Shown in pieces: positions 9,761-18,058 of a stretch of DNA of 64,000 nucleotides; position 1 is the first letter of the stretch, and the number at the start of each line of letters is the position of its first letter. This DNA is from an uncultured Riemerella sp. (GTDB taxonomy: Bacteria; Bacteroidota; Bacteroidia; Flavobacteriales; Weeksellaceae): contig CALHQK010000095.1 in the NCBI GenBank assembly GCA_938037185.1, positions 943 through 64,942 of the forward strand. The letters are read 5' to 3'. Below the pieces are notes generated by a model. It searched no databases and was not told the origin of the DNA. It saw only the letters and a program-made list of their open reading frames with translations. The translations under genes were made by a program, and so were the position numbers.

Positions 9761-10137
9761 GATTTTTTCTTCTTTTTATTTAGGACAACATTATATTTGA
9801 AACTATTGATATTCCAAACAGGGATATAATAAAAAAGGAAACTAAAAAGGTAGCTCATAGCAAAGGATAAAAAAGCATCCATACTCAGCTGAAAAAGGGT
9901 GGTTCCTGTGAATAAATAATATACAATATTTGAAATTAAAAACACAATTATTCCCATTAAAACAGCGTTTATCAAGGAATATTTTACCCTTCCGAGCTGC
10001 ATGCTGTTTTCCCAATATTCTATGAATTTTTCGTCTTTATCTTTATTTTTCTTATCCATTTTTCTATTTTTTGCAAAGGTAGAGAATTTATTTATATTTC
10101 TGAGCCAAAGCCTGTAGAATACTCCAAGTTTCCGCAT
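9748..10137 (-). CDS. Hypothetical small membrane protein (true start probably the internal Met near 10059)
   Basis: 129-aa ORF with two hydrophobic helices and a poly-Lys tail. Its annotated 5' end overlaps the amidase gene by 50 nt. Confidence 0.3.
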   Translation of the reverse strand: MRKLGVFYRLWLRNINKFSTFAKNRKMDKKNKDKDEKFIEYWENSMQLGRVKYSLINAVLMGIIVFLISNIVYYLFTGTTLFQLSMDAFLSFAMSYLFSFLFYYIPVWNINSFKYNVVLNKKKKKSKKK

Positions 10138-11074
10138 CTAAAATACCATCATAGTTTTCTGGTCTGAAATGATACTGAAACGCCTCTATAACGCTTTTTG
10201 TCTGTTTGTCCCACATTCCTGTGATTTGGATATCATACCCAAAACTCTTAAAGGTTGATTGTATTTTTCGTATAAAAGAAGCATCTTCATATAGTGTAGT
10301 AATATCTTCTAATGCACTTGGATAAAATTCTTGTTTTTTATCTTCATCATACCACATGCCTATTTGGTGTTTTTCATATAATGTTTTCCAAGGAAACAGA
10401 GGGCCTGGGTCTTGTTTTCTTGTCGGAGCAATATCTGAATGAGCCAAAATATTAGTAGGAGGAATCATATATCTTTTGCTAATATCTTTTACCAAAACGG
10501 CTATTTTTTCTATTTGGTGTTCAGGAAATGCTTGGAATTGTCTCTTTCCTAAACTATCTACTACATAGCCTGTATTTACTATTTCTATACCTATAGAACT
10601 GTCATTCAGATTGTTGCTGTTTTTCCAAGCGCTGATTCCTGCATGATAAGCTCTTTTGTTTTCATCTACTAATTGATAGATTTCGTGATCATCTAAATCA
10701 CTTACAAGATAGTGGGAACTTACTGACTGCTGTGTCAAAACTCTTATGGATTTTTCATTATCCAAAGCCGTATAGTGCAAGATGATGAATCTCTGGCGGA
10801 AGCCTTGTCCCAAGGAAGGGAAGTAAGTTTTAGTGATTTTATATTTTTTTGGCTTGGCCGAAACTATAGACCCATAGCTTATAGTATTATTATTTTTGGA
10901 GCTGTCCGCTATGTTCACTCTATAGAAATCCTCTGTTCCGTGGTGTTCTATTTTGGGTTTTTCAACAATCTTTTGTGTCGTTGGAGTAGGAGAGGCGGAA
11001 AAAACTACATTTTTTTGAGAAACACAGGAAAATAATATAATATTTAAACTCGTGATAAATAATACTTTACGCAT
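10088..11074 (-). CDS. N-acetylmuramoyl-L-alanine amidase (amidase_2/AmpD-type) lipoprotein with C-terminal peptidoglycan-binding-like domain
   Basis: Lipoprotein signal (ILFSCVSQ). The amidase_2 core carries HYTALD, AYHAGIS and AHSDIAPTRKQDPGPLF (zinc ligands H/H/D). Confidence 0.8.
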   Translation of the reverse strand: MRKVLFITSLNIILFSCVSQKNVVFSASPTPTTQKIVEKPKIEHHGTEDFYRVNIADSSKNNNTISYGSIVSAKPKKYKITKTYFPSLGQGFRQRFIILHYTALDNEKSIRVLTQQSVSSHYLVSDLDDHEIYQLVDENKRAYHAGISAWKNSNNLNDSSIGIEIVNTGYVVDSLGKRQFQAFPEHQIEKIAVLVKDISKRYMIPPTNILAHSDIAPTRKQDPGPLFPWKTLYEKHQIGMWYDEDKKQEFYPSALEDITTLYEDASFIRKIQSTFKSFGYDIQITGMWDKQTKSVIEAFQYHFRPENYDGILDAETWSILQALAQKYK

Positions 11075-11204
11075 TTTTATGAATAATTATTAAAAATTTT
11101 TTCCAAAAATACGAATAATTTTTTAGGATTTTATTTGGTTATTTAAAAAAAACAATATATATTTGCAAACGCAATTACGGAATAGAAGTTCTTAAAGAAT
11201 AAAA

Positions 11205-11289
11205 GGAGGGTTGCCGGAGTGGTTAACGGAGCAGTTTGCTAAACTGTCGACTTTTGGGTCGCATGAGTTCGAATCTCATACCCTCCGCA
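11205..11289 (+). tRNA. tRNA-Ser (anticodon GCT)
   Basis: Cloverleaf folds: acceptor GGAGGGT/ACCCTCC and anticodon loop TTGCTAA. A long variable arm is typical of class II tRNA-Ser. Confidence 0.85.
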
Positions 11290-11303
11290 ACTGGTATAAT
11301 ATT

Positions 11304-11380
11304 CGGGGTGTAGCGTAGCCCGGTCATCGCGCCTGGTTTGGGACCAGGAGGTCGCAGGTTCGAATCCTGCCACCCCGACA
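11304..11380 (+). tRNA. tRNA-Pro (anticodon TGG)
   Basis: Acceptor CGGGGTG/CACCCCG, anticodon stem CCTGG/CCAGG with loop TTTGGGA, and T-arm GGTTCGAATCC. Confidence 0.85.
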
Positions 11381-11414
11381 AAAGTTTATTAGTTCTTTTT
11401 AAAAACTAATTAAT

Positions 11415-11490
11415 GGGTGCGTAGCTCAGCTGGATAGAGCATCTGCCTTCTAAGCAGACGGTCAAAGGTTCGAATCCTTTCGCGCTCACT
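11415..11490 (+). tRNA. tRNA-Arg (anticodon TCT)
   Basis: GGGTGCGTAGCTCAGCTGGATAGAGC D-arm, anticodon stem TCTGC/GCAGA with loop CTTCTAA, and T-arm GGTTCGAATCC. Confidence 0.85.
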
Positions 11491-11499
11491 ATTGAAAAT

Positions 11500-11532
11500 G
11501 AAGACTTTACAGAAAAGTGAAGTCTTTTTTTG
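11500..11532 (+). terminator. Rho-independent terminator of the tRNA-Ser/Pro/Arg cluster
   Basis: AAGACTT...AAGTCTT 7-bp stem followed by TTTTTTTG. Confidence 0.55.
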
Positions 11533-11690
11533 TTTTAACTAAGTAAACACCTTTGTTATAAAAACTTTATTTATACTTTCTTTATTTTTCGTATTTAGTT
11601 TATAAATTAGTGTCTTTCTTGTCTTCGATGATAAAGTATGAATGGGATCAAATTTAACATCTTTAATCATCATATATGGAAAAATTTATA

Positions 11691-11966
11691 TTAATCAAAA
11701 AATAAAATTTTCTCTATATAATCTTCTGCATTCTCTTTCTGGAAGTAAACATGATTTTTATTGAAATCTTCTATATCCATATTCTCTTTCCAATTAACAT
11801 CTAAATAAGATGTATTAGAAATAATGTATGAATCCAGCTCAATTTTGTAATCTTTAACTTGTGGTTCAATTTTATCTTTTAATAACTTCGCCTGTGCGCA
11901 TGTTATCAAAATGATGGTCACCATTGATGTAGATTTGGTCAAACTCCGAAGAACGAATGCTGTCAT
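11691..11966 (-). CDS. Hypothetical small protein downstream of the methyltransferase (real start probably an internal Met near 11925; the annotated 5' end overlaps the MTase 3' end)
   Basis: 91-aa ORF with no motif. Its only support is position in the helicase-MTase operon. Confidence 0.25.
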   Translation of the reverse strand: MTAFVLRSLTKSTSMVTIILITCAQAKLLKDKIEPQVKDYKIELDSYIISNTSYLDVNWKENMDIEDFNKNHVYFQKENAEDYIEKILFFD

Positions 11967-14709
11967 AGATTTTACGGAATTTTTTAGCGGTTTCTACATT
12001 ACGCCAGATGACCAGCGTTTTCGCGCCTTCTCTGGTTTTTCCTTCTATGAATTTGATATCGCCCACGCGCTGCATACGCTCTACATACAGCCCGATGAGA
12101 TAGTTAAAGGTCTCTACCAAATCCACCTTTGTAGGCACCAGCTCGTTGTTCTCGGTAACTTTCAGTTGGTAATTAAATGGATTACGGAACATCTGGATAT
12201 TGAACAGATGGTCTCTGCTCTCTACATCCAGCATATAGTTCAGCAGGTATTCTTCTTGTGTCCGTTCATCGAAGTTTAATAAAGATTCACTCAGTTTATT
12301 AGGTAATTGCAGATTGTTCAGAGTATCTTCGTAATTTTCCAAAATTTGGTAAGTGAACATTCCTCCTCCTTTCCAGTTCACATCTTTACTAATTCCTTTA
12401 TGAGAATTATTTAAAACTTTTTTCATTCTTATCAGAGGATATTCATTAAAATATTTGCCCATTTCAACACCTATCCATTTACGATTCATTTTATGACTTA
12501 CAGAAATTGTTGTACCACTACCAACGAAATAATCAAGTATTAAATCATTTTCTTTAGAAGTAATATCTATATATCTCTTTAGTAATATTTCTGCATTTTC
12601 TGTAGAAAATCCTGTAGTATTAGAGTAACCAGAAATATCTGTCCAATTTGTACCTAAAACTTTCTCATTAGTTGATTTTACCAAATATTTTGGATTCATA
12701 TTTTGGGATCCACAACTTGGACATGAATTTATTTGACCTTTATAATGAATATATTTACAATTTTTACAATCTAATCTTAATTCCCCAATACTAATTTTTT
12801 CATCAATTTTATCTTGAGAATATTTGAAATGTTTACCAACTGGAGGTGCTAATTCAAGTCCAAAAAAAACTTTTGAACTTCCTTGTCCTTCAGAATCATT
12901 CATATGTCTCCAATAAGCTTCTCTTTCTTCATCTAGCTTAATTACAGGATTATTATATGTAAAAAGTTCATTTTTAGAATAAATAGTCAAATAATCAAAT
13001 GAATAAGATAGGGTTTTTACATCAACATTTGTTTTATTTTTAAAAATTCTATTAATGACATTTTGGTTTCTAAAATTTTCTAAGCCAAATACACTATTCA
13101 TAAAAGATCTTATATAATAATCTCCATGATAATCTGATCGTATTCCAATAACCCCTTCATCTAATAATAAATCTTTAGTAAGAGTAATTCTATCATATAA
13201 TAACTGGATCCAAGAAGAATCTAAAAAATTAGTTTTATAAAGAAACTCACTAGAATGTTCCAAGTTAAAAGGTGGATCAATATAAACACTTTGTATACTG
13301 CCATTATACTTATTAGACAATAAACTTAGTGCTTGGAAGTTTTCGGAGTTTATCAGTAGTCCGTTGGTTTCTTCATCTAAGTTGTCAAACTCACCCAGCA
13401 GCTTGTCCTTAAACTCTTCGGAGAAGTGCTTGGTATCCAAGACCAAGAAAGGCTCTCCTGTCAGCTGCTCGGCAGAGGTAATGGTAACATCGTACAGCTC
13501 TTTCCACTCCTGCAGTTGTGCTTGGTTGGCAGCTATCTCAGCATAATATTCCTCTGGAATACGGTCCAGCGTGATGCAGTAGTTGGTACTGATAACGAAT
13601 TTCTTCTTCAGCCATAGTTTCTTTTGGAAATCCTCTATCTGCGCTAGGAAAGTGATGATTTTGGACGCCACGGTTTTCAGGGCTTTTATCTTGGAGAGCT
13701 GCGCCGTGAAAAAGGCTGGATTTTCGGTATTGATATCATCTATGTACAAGACTTCGTTTTTGATATAGAAATCCAACTCACGAGACAAAAATCCACCCAA
13801 ATCCTTATGGATGAAATAATCAAAACTATTACGAGAGATAAAACTGCTGAGATGTTTTTCTATAATCGTGCGGTTTTTGTTTTTCTCCGTCGGTGCTTTA
13901 TCAAAAATACCAGAGAAGTCCTCTGCAGCGGCTAGATTAGCGACATGGGACTGAATAACATTTATAGCCTCTGCCTCTAGGTCTTCTTGTTTTACGGTTT
14001 TCTTGTGTGGTTCATAGGTGAAATTGATGTACAGACTGCCATCCACCACCTCGATAGGCTGCTCTTCATAGATAGCAAAGCGGCGCTCCTGATCGCCTTG
14101 GGTTTTATTGTTATTTTGCTCAGTAGATGCTTCTTTTAGCTGGAAATGAACGAGTCTGCCATCGTTTGTCTTAAAAGCATAATTCTTCAGATACTCAGAA
14201 GTTTTGATGTAGTACTGGTCGTGATTTGCCCAATGTAGTTTCACTTCCTCACCTTCGTAAGGAATGGCATAGACATCTTTCTTGTAACGGCGCAAAGAGA
14301 TAAAGTCTCCTGCTTTGTAATAGCGCTTAAAGAAACTTGCCAGATGCGAAAAAACCTCTTGCTCCAGAGCATTGGTGTCAATCGTGTTTTCCAGTTGTGC
14401 TTTCAGCTCGATGACTTTTGGGAGATTATTGGGGTCTATGCCTAAATCTTGGGCGTTCTTGATGGCTTTATCTAATTCTGCCCGAATATCCATGGAGTCC
14501 TTCGACTGGGTCTGTGCTAGTATATCTTTAATGTCTTTGGGCAGTTTGTTATTGATGAAATCCATCACCTGCTCGCGTTTTTGATTCATAATGCGGTAGA
14601 TCCCAAAATCTAAATCCGCCTTATCCATCTCAAATATCTCTTTTAAAACTTTTTGTAAGTTTTCGTAATTGTTCATAGTGTTAATAATTATCTGATTATA
14701 CCAACTCAA
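11872..14709 (-). CDS. Site-specific DNA methyltransferase, beta-class amino-MTase (N6-adenine or N4-cytosine) with ~470-aa N-terminal extension and Cys4 zinc-ribbon in the putative target-recognition region
   Basis: Motif IV SVYIDPPFN at ~aa 476, followed ~245 aa later by motif I LDYFVGSGTT. The IV-then-I order indicates beta class. A CKNCKY...CPSCGSQN Cys4 cluster lies between them. The ORF-track start is a TTG overlapping the helicase stop; the first ATG (MNNYENL, ~14676) is more likely the start. Confidence 0.8.
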   Translation of the reverse strand: MSWYNQIIINTMNNYENLQKVLKEIFEMDKADLDFGIYRIMNQKREQVMDFINNKLPKDIKDILAQTQSKDSMDIRAELDKAIKNAQDLGIDPNNLPKVIELKAQLENTIDTNALEQEVFSHLASFFKRYYKAGDFISLRRYKKDVYAIPYEGEEVKLHWANHDQYYIKTSEYLKNYAFKTNDGRLVHFQLKEASTEQNNNKTQGDQERRFAIYEEQPIEVVDGSLYINFTYEPHKKTVKQEDLEAEAINVIQSHVANLAAAEDFSGIFDKAPTEKNKNRTIIEKHLSSFISRNSFDYFIHKDLGGFLSRELDFYIKNEVLYIDDINTENPAFFTAQLSKIKALKTVASKIITFLAQIEDFQKKLWLKKKFVISTNYCITLDRIPEEYYAEIAANQAQLQEWKELYDVTITSAEQLTGEPFLVLDTKHFSEEFKDKLLGEFDNLDEETNGLLINSENFQALSLLSNKYNGSIQSVYIDPPFNLEHSSEFLYKTNFLDSSWIQLLYDRITLTKDLLLDEGVIGIRSDYHGDYYIRSFMNSVFGLENFRNQNVINRIFKNKTNVDVKTLSYSFDYLTIYSKNELFTYNNPVIKLDEEREAYWRHMNDSEGQGSSKVFFGLELAPPVGKHFKYSQDKIDEKISIGELRLDCKNCKYIHYKGQINSCPSCGSQNMNPKYLVKSTNEKVLGTNWTDISGYSNTTGFSTENAEILLKRYIDITSKENDLILDYFVGSGTTISVSHKMNRKWIGVEMGKYFNEYPLIRMKKVLNNSHKGISKDVNWKGGGMFTYQILENYEDTLNNLQLPNKLSESLLNFDERTQEEYLLNYMLDVESRDHLFNIQMFRNPFNYQLKVTENNELVPTKVDLVETFNYLIGLYVERMQRVGDIKFIEGKTREGAKTLVIWRNVETAKKFRKIYDSIRSSEFDQIYINGDHHFDNMRTGEVIKR

Positions 14710-16072
14710 AAGAAATTGTAAATATTTCCTCTTCTGTTATCGTTCTGTTTAGTTTGTTTTTAGCTTCTGCTATCATATTGTCGCGCTCTGCGGCGATTTC
14801 TTCCTCGCGGTCGAACATCATTTTTTTCAGCCTTGATACTTTCTTTTTAGCTTTTGCCAGCTGTTCCTGTAACGCCAAAACTTCGGTGGCGGACAGACCT
14901 TCCCGCATGGCTGATCGGTCTATTTCTTTTTCTTCTTTTTTTGCATCTTTCAGTTCTGCTCCCAATTCTTCTATCCTATCATCAGCCCAGTTATGGAATT
15001 TTTTGAATTCTCTCTGCATCAGAGCTGCATCGGTATCTTCTAAATATTTTAATCGTCCCGTTTTTACATTGGTATGATGTTTTTCTATCACATCCAGATT
15101 TCCTCTGAAATCGCCATGAACGCTAGAATTCAGCCCTAAAATAAATCGGCAGATATCATCATTTAGAATTTCATCAGCATCTGTAACACCAGAAAAAAGC
15201 AATACAGAGTGAGATTCTATTTCAGAAGAAACCTCTAAGTTGCTTATTCTCAATATGCCCGATTTAGACTTTAGACTGCTGATTTCAGAGTGTTTTACAT
15301 TCATACTACTCCAATCAAAGGAAATATGAGCGAGAGGCGTTTTTTCTTTTTTGCCTTGGTCTATCATTTTCTGTGCAAAAGCACTATTGATTAATAATCG
15401 TTTAGCATCCTCTCTCTTTTTATTTAGTGTGTATTTTTCGCCATTATCTAAAATGAATGTATAGTCATCATAAATAAACTGAGCTTTGTTTTGCAGATAG
15501 AATCTGGTCAATTCCCACAGCCATTTTTCATATTTTTCTATAAAAATCTTGGTTTCAGAATAGGTGGTACGCAGTTTTTCTATGACACTCGCCTCGAAAT
15601 TATCAAATAATTTAGACTGTATTTCTTTAACTTTTTGGTCGATTTGATCTTCAAATTCACTTTGCAATTGATCAAAATACTCCTCTATTTCCTGTTTTGT
15701 ACGGCATTTTTTATAAACTTCTATGATTCTTTTCTCAAAATCAAGCCCATTTCCTATAGCTCCCAGTACTTCATCGGAGGAACCGAAAACGCCGTTGAAT
15801 AGGCGGAATTTGTTTTCGAGCAATTCGTATACTCTTGTTTCCACTGCATTAGCTGCGTTTATAAAATTTACGACCACCACATCATATTCTTGTCCATATC
15901 GATGGCAGCGGCCTATACGCTGTTCTATACGCTGCGGATTCCAAGGCAGATCATAATTGACAATCATACTGCAGAACTGTAAGTTAATCCCTTCTGAAGC
16001 CGCTTCCGTGGCGATCATTATATCATATTTATCACTTTTGAAGGCATCTACCAAAGCTTGTCTGATATCCAC
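14696..16072 (-). CDS. SNF2-family helicase, C-terminal fragment (helicase-C domain + coiled-coil tail); 3' part of a frameshift-interrupted gene
   Basis: Helicase-C motifs ATEAASEGINLQ and NYDLPWNPQRIEQRIGRCHRYGQ. The ORF starts at a GTG immediately after a frame break, and its frame stays open upstream into the A6 tract. Confidence 0.75.
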   Translation of the reverse strand: MDIRQALVDAFKSDKYDIMIATEAASEGINLQFCSMIVNYDLPWNPQRIEQRIGRCHRYGQEYDVVVVNFINAANAVETRVYELLENKFRLFNGVFGSSDEVLGAIGNGLDFEKRIIEVYKKCRTKQEIEEYFDQLQSEFEDQIDQKVKEIQSKLFDNFEASVIEKLRTTYSETKIFIEKYEKWLWELTRFYLQNKAQFIYDDYTFILDNGEKYTLNKKREDAKRLLINSAFAQKMIDQGKKEKTPLAHISFDWSSMNVKHSEISSLKSKSGILRISNLEVSSEIESHSVLLFSGVTDADEILNDDICRFILGLNSSVHGDFRGNLDVIEKHHTNVKTGRLKYLEDTDAALMQREFKKFHNWADDRIEELGAELKDAKKEEKEIDRSAMREGLSATEVLALQEQLAKAKKKVSRLKKMMFDREEEIAAERDNMIAEAKNKLNRTITEEEIFTISFELV

Positions 16073-16095
16073 CGCTTTGGAACCTGTAATTTTGC

Positions 16096-17532
16096 CTATA
16101 TTTTTTCATCCGCTATCCAGTCCTTATATATTTGGGTAGACATTGGATCGGAGTTATTTCCATTAAAAATCAAGATTCTCCCAGCATATTTTTCTTTAGA
16201 TAAACGCTCTAGTAAATATTGTTGTGTTCTAGTAGATTCGGTAAATATTAATGCTTTTTGTTTCGCACCTAGTTCCTTTAGCTTCGCAAAACCTTGGTCT
16301 AAGGCTACCAATAGTTTCTCTCCCTTTTCATTATGCTGAATACTATTAGAAAGAATCAAAAATTCTTCTAATTGTTTAATTTCCTCCTCTATTGCGATTT
16401 TATCATCTAATGTTATTTCATTATAGTCTTCCTCCTCGGTAATTCCTGCTTCATCAGCCTCATCATCCAGATTTTCGTATTCGTCTAAAAACATTTCGTA
16501 TAAATCATCTTCAACAACTCTTGATGTTTCAAGAAGTGTTTTTAATCTCTTTATCAATGATTCTAATGTTCTGCCAATAGCAAAAGATGATGAACCTAAT
16601 AATTTAAAAATCACAGATTGCATCAAATGTTTTTGTGATGGAGGAAAGGCATAGGTTTTATCTTTTCTAAGATAGTCTAAAACCTTTTCATATAATTCTT
16701 GTTCTTCCTTTGTAGGTGTGAACTGCTGAGTGATAGGAATTCGCTCCCTGTAGTTGATAAATTCTTTTACATCTTTTCGTAAAGTACGATGGACAATAGA
16801 ACTTAATCTTTCTTTTAAGTCATTAATATCAGATTTTTTTGATTCTAAAATATAATTGCGTCTGAAACTTTTGATATCTCCAAAAACTTCAGAATCGATA
16901 AAAGATACTAAACCATACAATTCATCTAAACGATTTTGTAAAGGTGTAGCAGTGAGTAATACTTTCTTATAGTCTTTAATGGCTTTTTGGATAGTTTGTG
17001 CTGTGACATTTCCTTGTTTATAGGCATTCCTCAAATAATGTGCTTCATCTATGACAACTAAATCCCAAGAGGTCAATTGTATTTCTTCTGCACATTTTTT
17101 AGCAAATTCATAGCTACATATTTTTATAGTAAGTTCGCTATCAAATGGGTTTTTAATTCCTGCTTTGGATTTTTTCTTATAAGAAACATTATCCAAAACT
17201 TCTGCTTTTAAATAAAATTTATCTTCTAATTCGTTTACCCATTGTTTTCGTAATGAGGATGGACATATGATAAGAATTTTTCTTTTTCCCTCAGCCCATT
17301 TTTGGCTCAATAAAATCCCTGCTTCGATGGTTTTACCTAAACCAACTTCATCTGCAAGAATAACACCTTTAGAATAAGGAGATTTAAAAGCAAATAGCGC
17401 TGCTTCTACCTGATGAGGGTTTAATTCCACCTTTGCATCCATTAAAGTGGTTCCAAACTTTTCTAAACTATCTGAAGTTGCTTTTTTAGATAATTCGTAA
17501 GCATAATATTTGGCTTGGTATTGGTTAATCAT
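16096..17532 (-). CDS. SNF2-family helicase, N-terminal ATPase fragment; 5' part of a frameshift-interrupted gene
   Basis: Motif I LADEVGLGKTIEA, motif II VVIDEAHYLRN (DEAH) and the SNF2 motif III LLTATPLQNRLDELYGLVSFI. It ends ...IADEKI* directly after an A6 run. Confidence 0.8.
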   Translation of the reverse strand: MINQYQAKYYAYELSKKATSDSLEKFGTTLMDAKVELNPHQVEAALFAFKSPYSKGVILADEVGLGKTIEAGILLSQKWAEGKRKILIICPSSLRKQWVNELEDKFYLKAEVLDNVSYKKKSKAGIKNPFDSELTIKICSYEFAKKCAEEIQLTSWDLVVIDEAHYLRNAYKQGNVTAQTIQKAIKDYKKVLLTATPLQNRLDELYGLVSFIDSEVFGDIKSFRRNYILESKKSDINDLKERLSSIVHRTLRKDVKEFINYRERIPITQQFTPTKEEQELYEKVLDYLRKDKTYAFPPSQKHLMQSVIFKLLGSSSFAIGRTLESLIKRLKTLLETSRVVEDDLYEMFLDEYENLDDEADEAGITEEEDYNEITLDDKIAIEEEIKQLEEFLILSNSIQHNEKGEKLLVALDQGFAKLKELGAKQKALIFTESTRTQQYLLERLSKEKYAGRILIFNGNNSDPMSTQIYKDWIADEKI

Positions 17533-17739
17533 AGCACAAAATTATATCATATAAAAACACTTAAGCTGTAAAAATATTTTTAAAATACTAAGTTGCAAAA
17601 TACTAAAAAGCTTACACTTATTAAAATAATAGATTTAATAAAAAGAGAAATTTTAGTAATATGCTAAAATATAGGTGATTAAAAATATCATTCATAATAC
17701 TAATAATTATAAACCTCTTTTATCTCCTTTCGACTGAAA

Positions 17740-17773
17740 TAAAAAAGACTTTTGAAAATTTCAAAAGTCCTTT
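17740..17773 (-). terminator. Rho-independent terminator for the minus-strand tRNA-fMet/tRNA-Ser pair
   Basis: Perfect 11-bp palindrome GACTTTTGAAA-AT-TTCAAAAGTC. On the minus strand it is followed by TTTTTTATTT. Confidence 0.6.
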
Positions 17774-17795
17774 TAATTTAGTTTTTAATACTTGC

Positions 17796-17879
17796 GGAGA
17801 GAGAGGGATTCGAACCCCCGGACCTGTTACAGTCAACGGTTTTCAAGACCGCCGCATTCGACCGCTCTGCCATCTCTCC
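17796..17879 (-). tRNA. tRNA-Ser (anticodon TGA)
   Basis: Reverse complement folds: acceptor GGAGAGA/TCTCTCC, anticodon loop CTTGAAA, a long variable arm, and T-arm GGTTCGAATCC. Confidence 0.8.
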
Positions 17880-17909
17880 AAAATAAGGAAAAACCTTATT
17901 TATATTTTA

Positions 17910-17983
<74 letters not shown>

Positions 17984-18058
17984 ATTTTGTTTTGCAAAGG
18001 TATGATTTTTTTTAGAACTGGCAAATATTTTTACCAAAAAATTCAATAAATTTACAAG

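Noticed and set aside
11911-12279. 122-aa plus-strand ORF
   Set aside because: Antisense within the methyltransferase coding region.
14696-17532. Helicase as a type III Res or type I HsdR restriction subunit
   Set aside because: The motifs are SNF2-type (DEAH plus LLTATPLQN, RIGRCHRYGQ), not Res/HsdR-type. No PD-(D/E)xK endonuclease motif could be found in either fragment. A classic type III assignment is therefore not supported.
17700-17740. Possible att-type direct repeat of the tRNA-Arg 3' end at the far side of the helicase-MTase block
   Set aside because: Only an 8-nt match (TCCTTTCG) exists. That is too short to distinguish from chance in AT-rich DNA, and no integrase is present.
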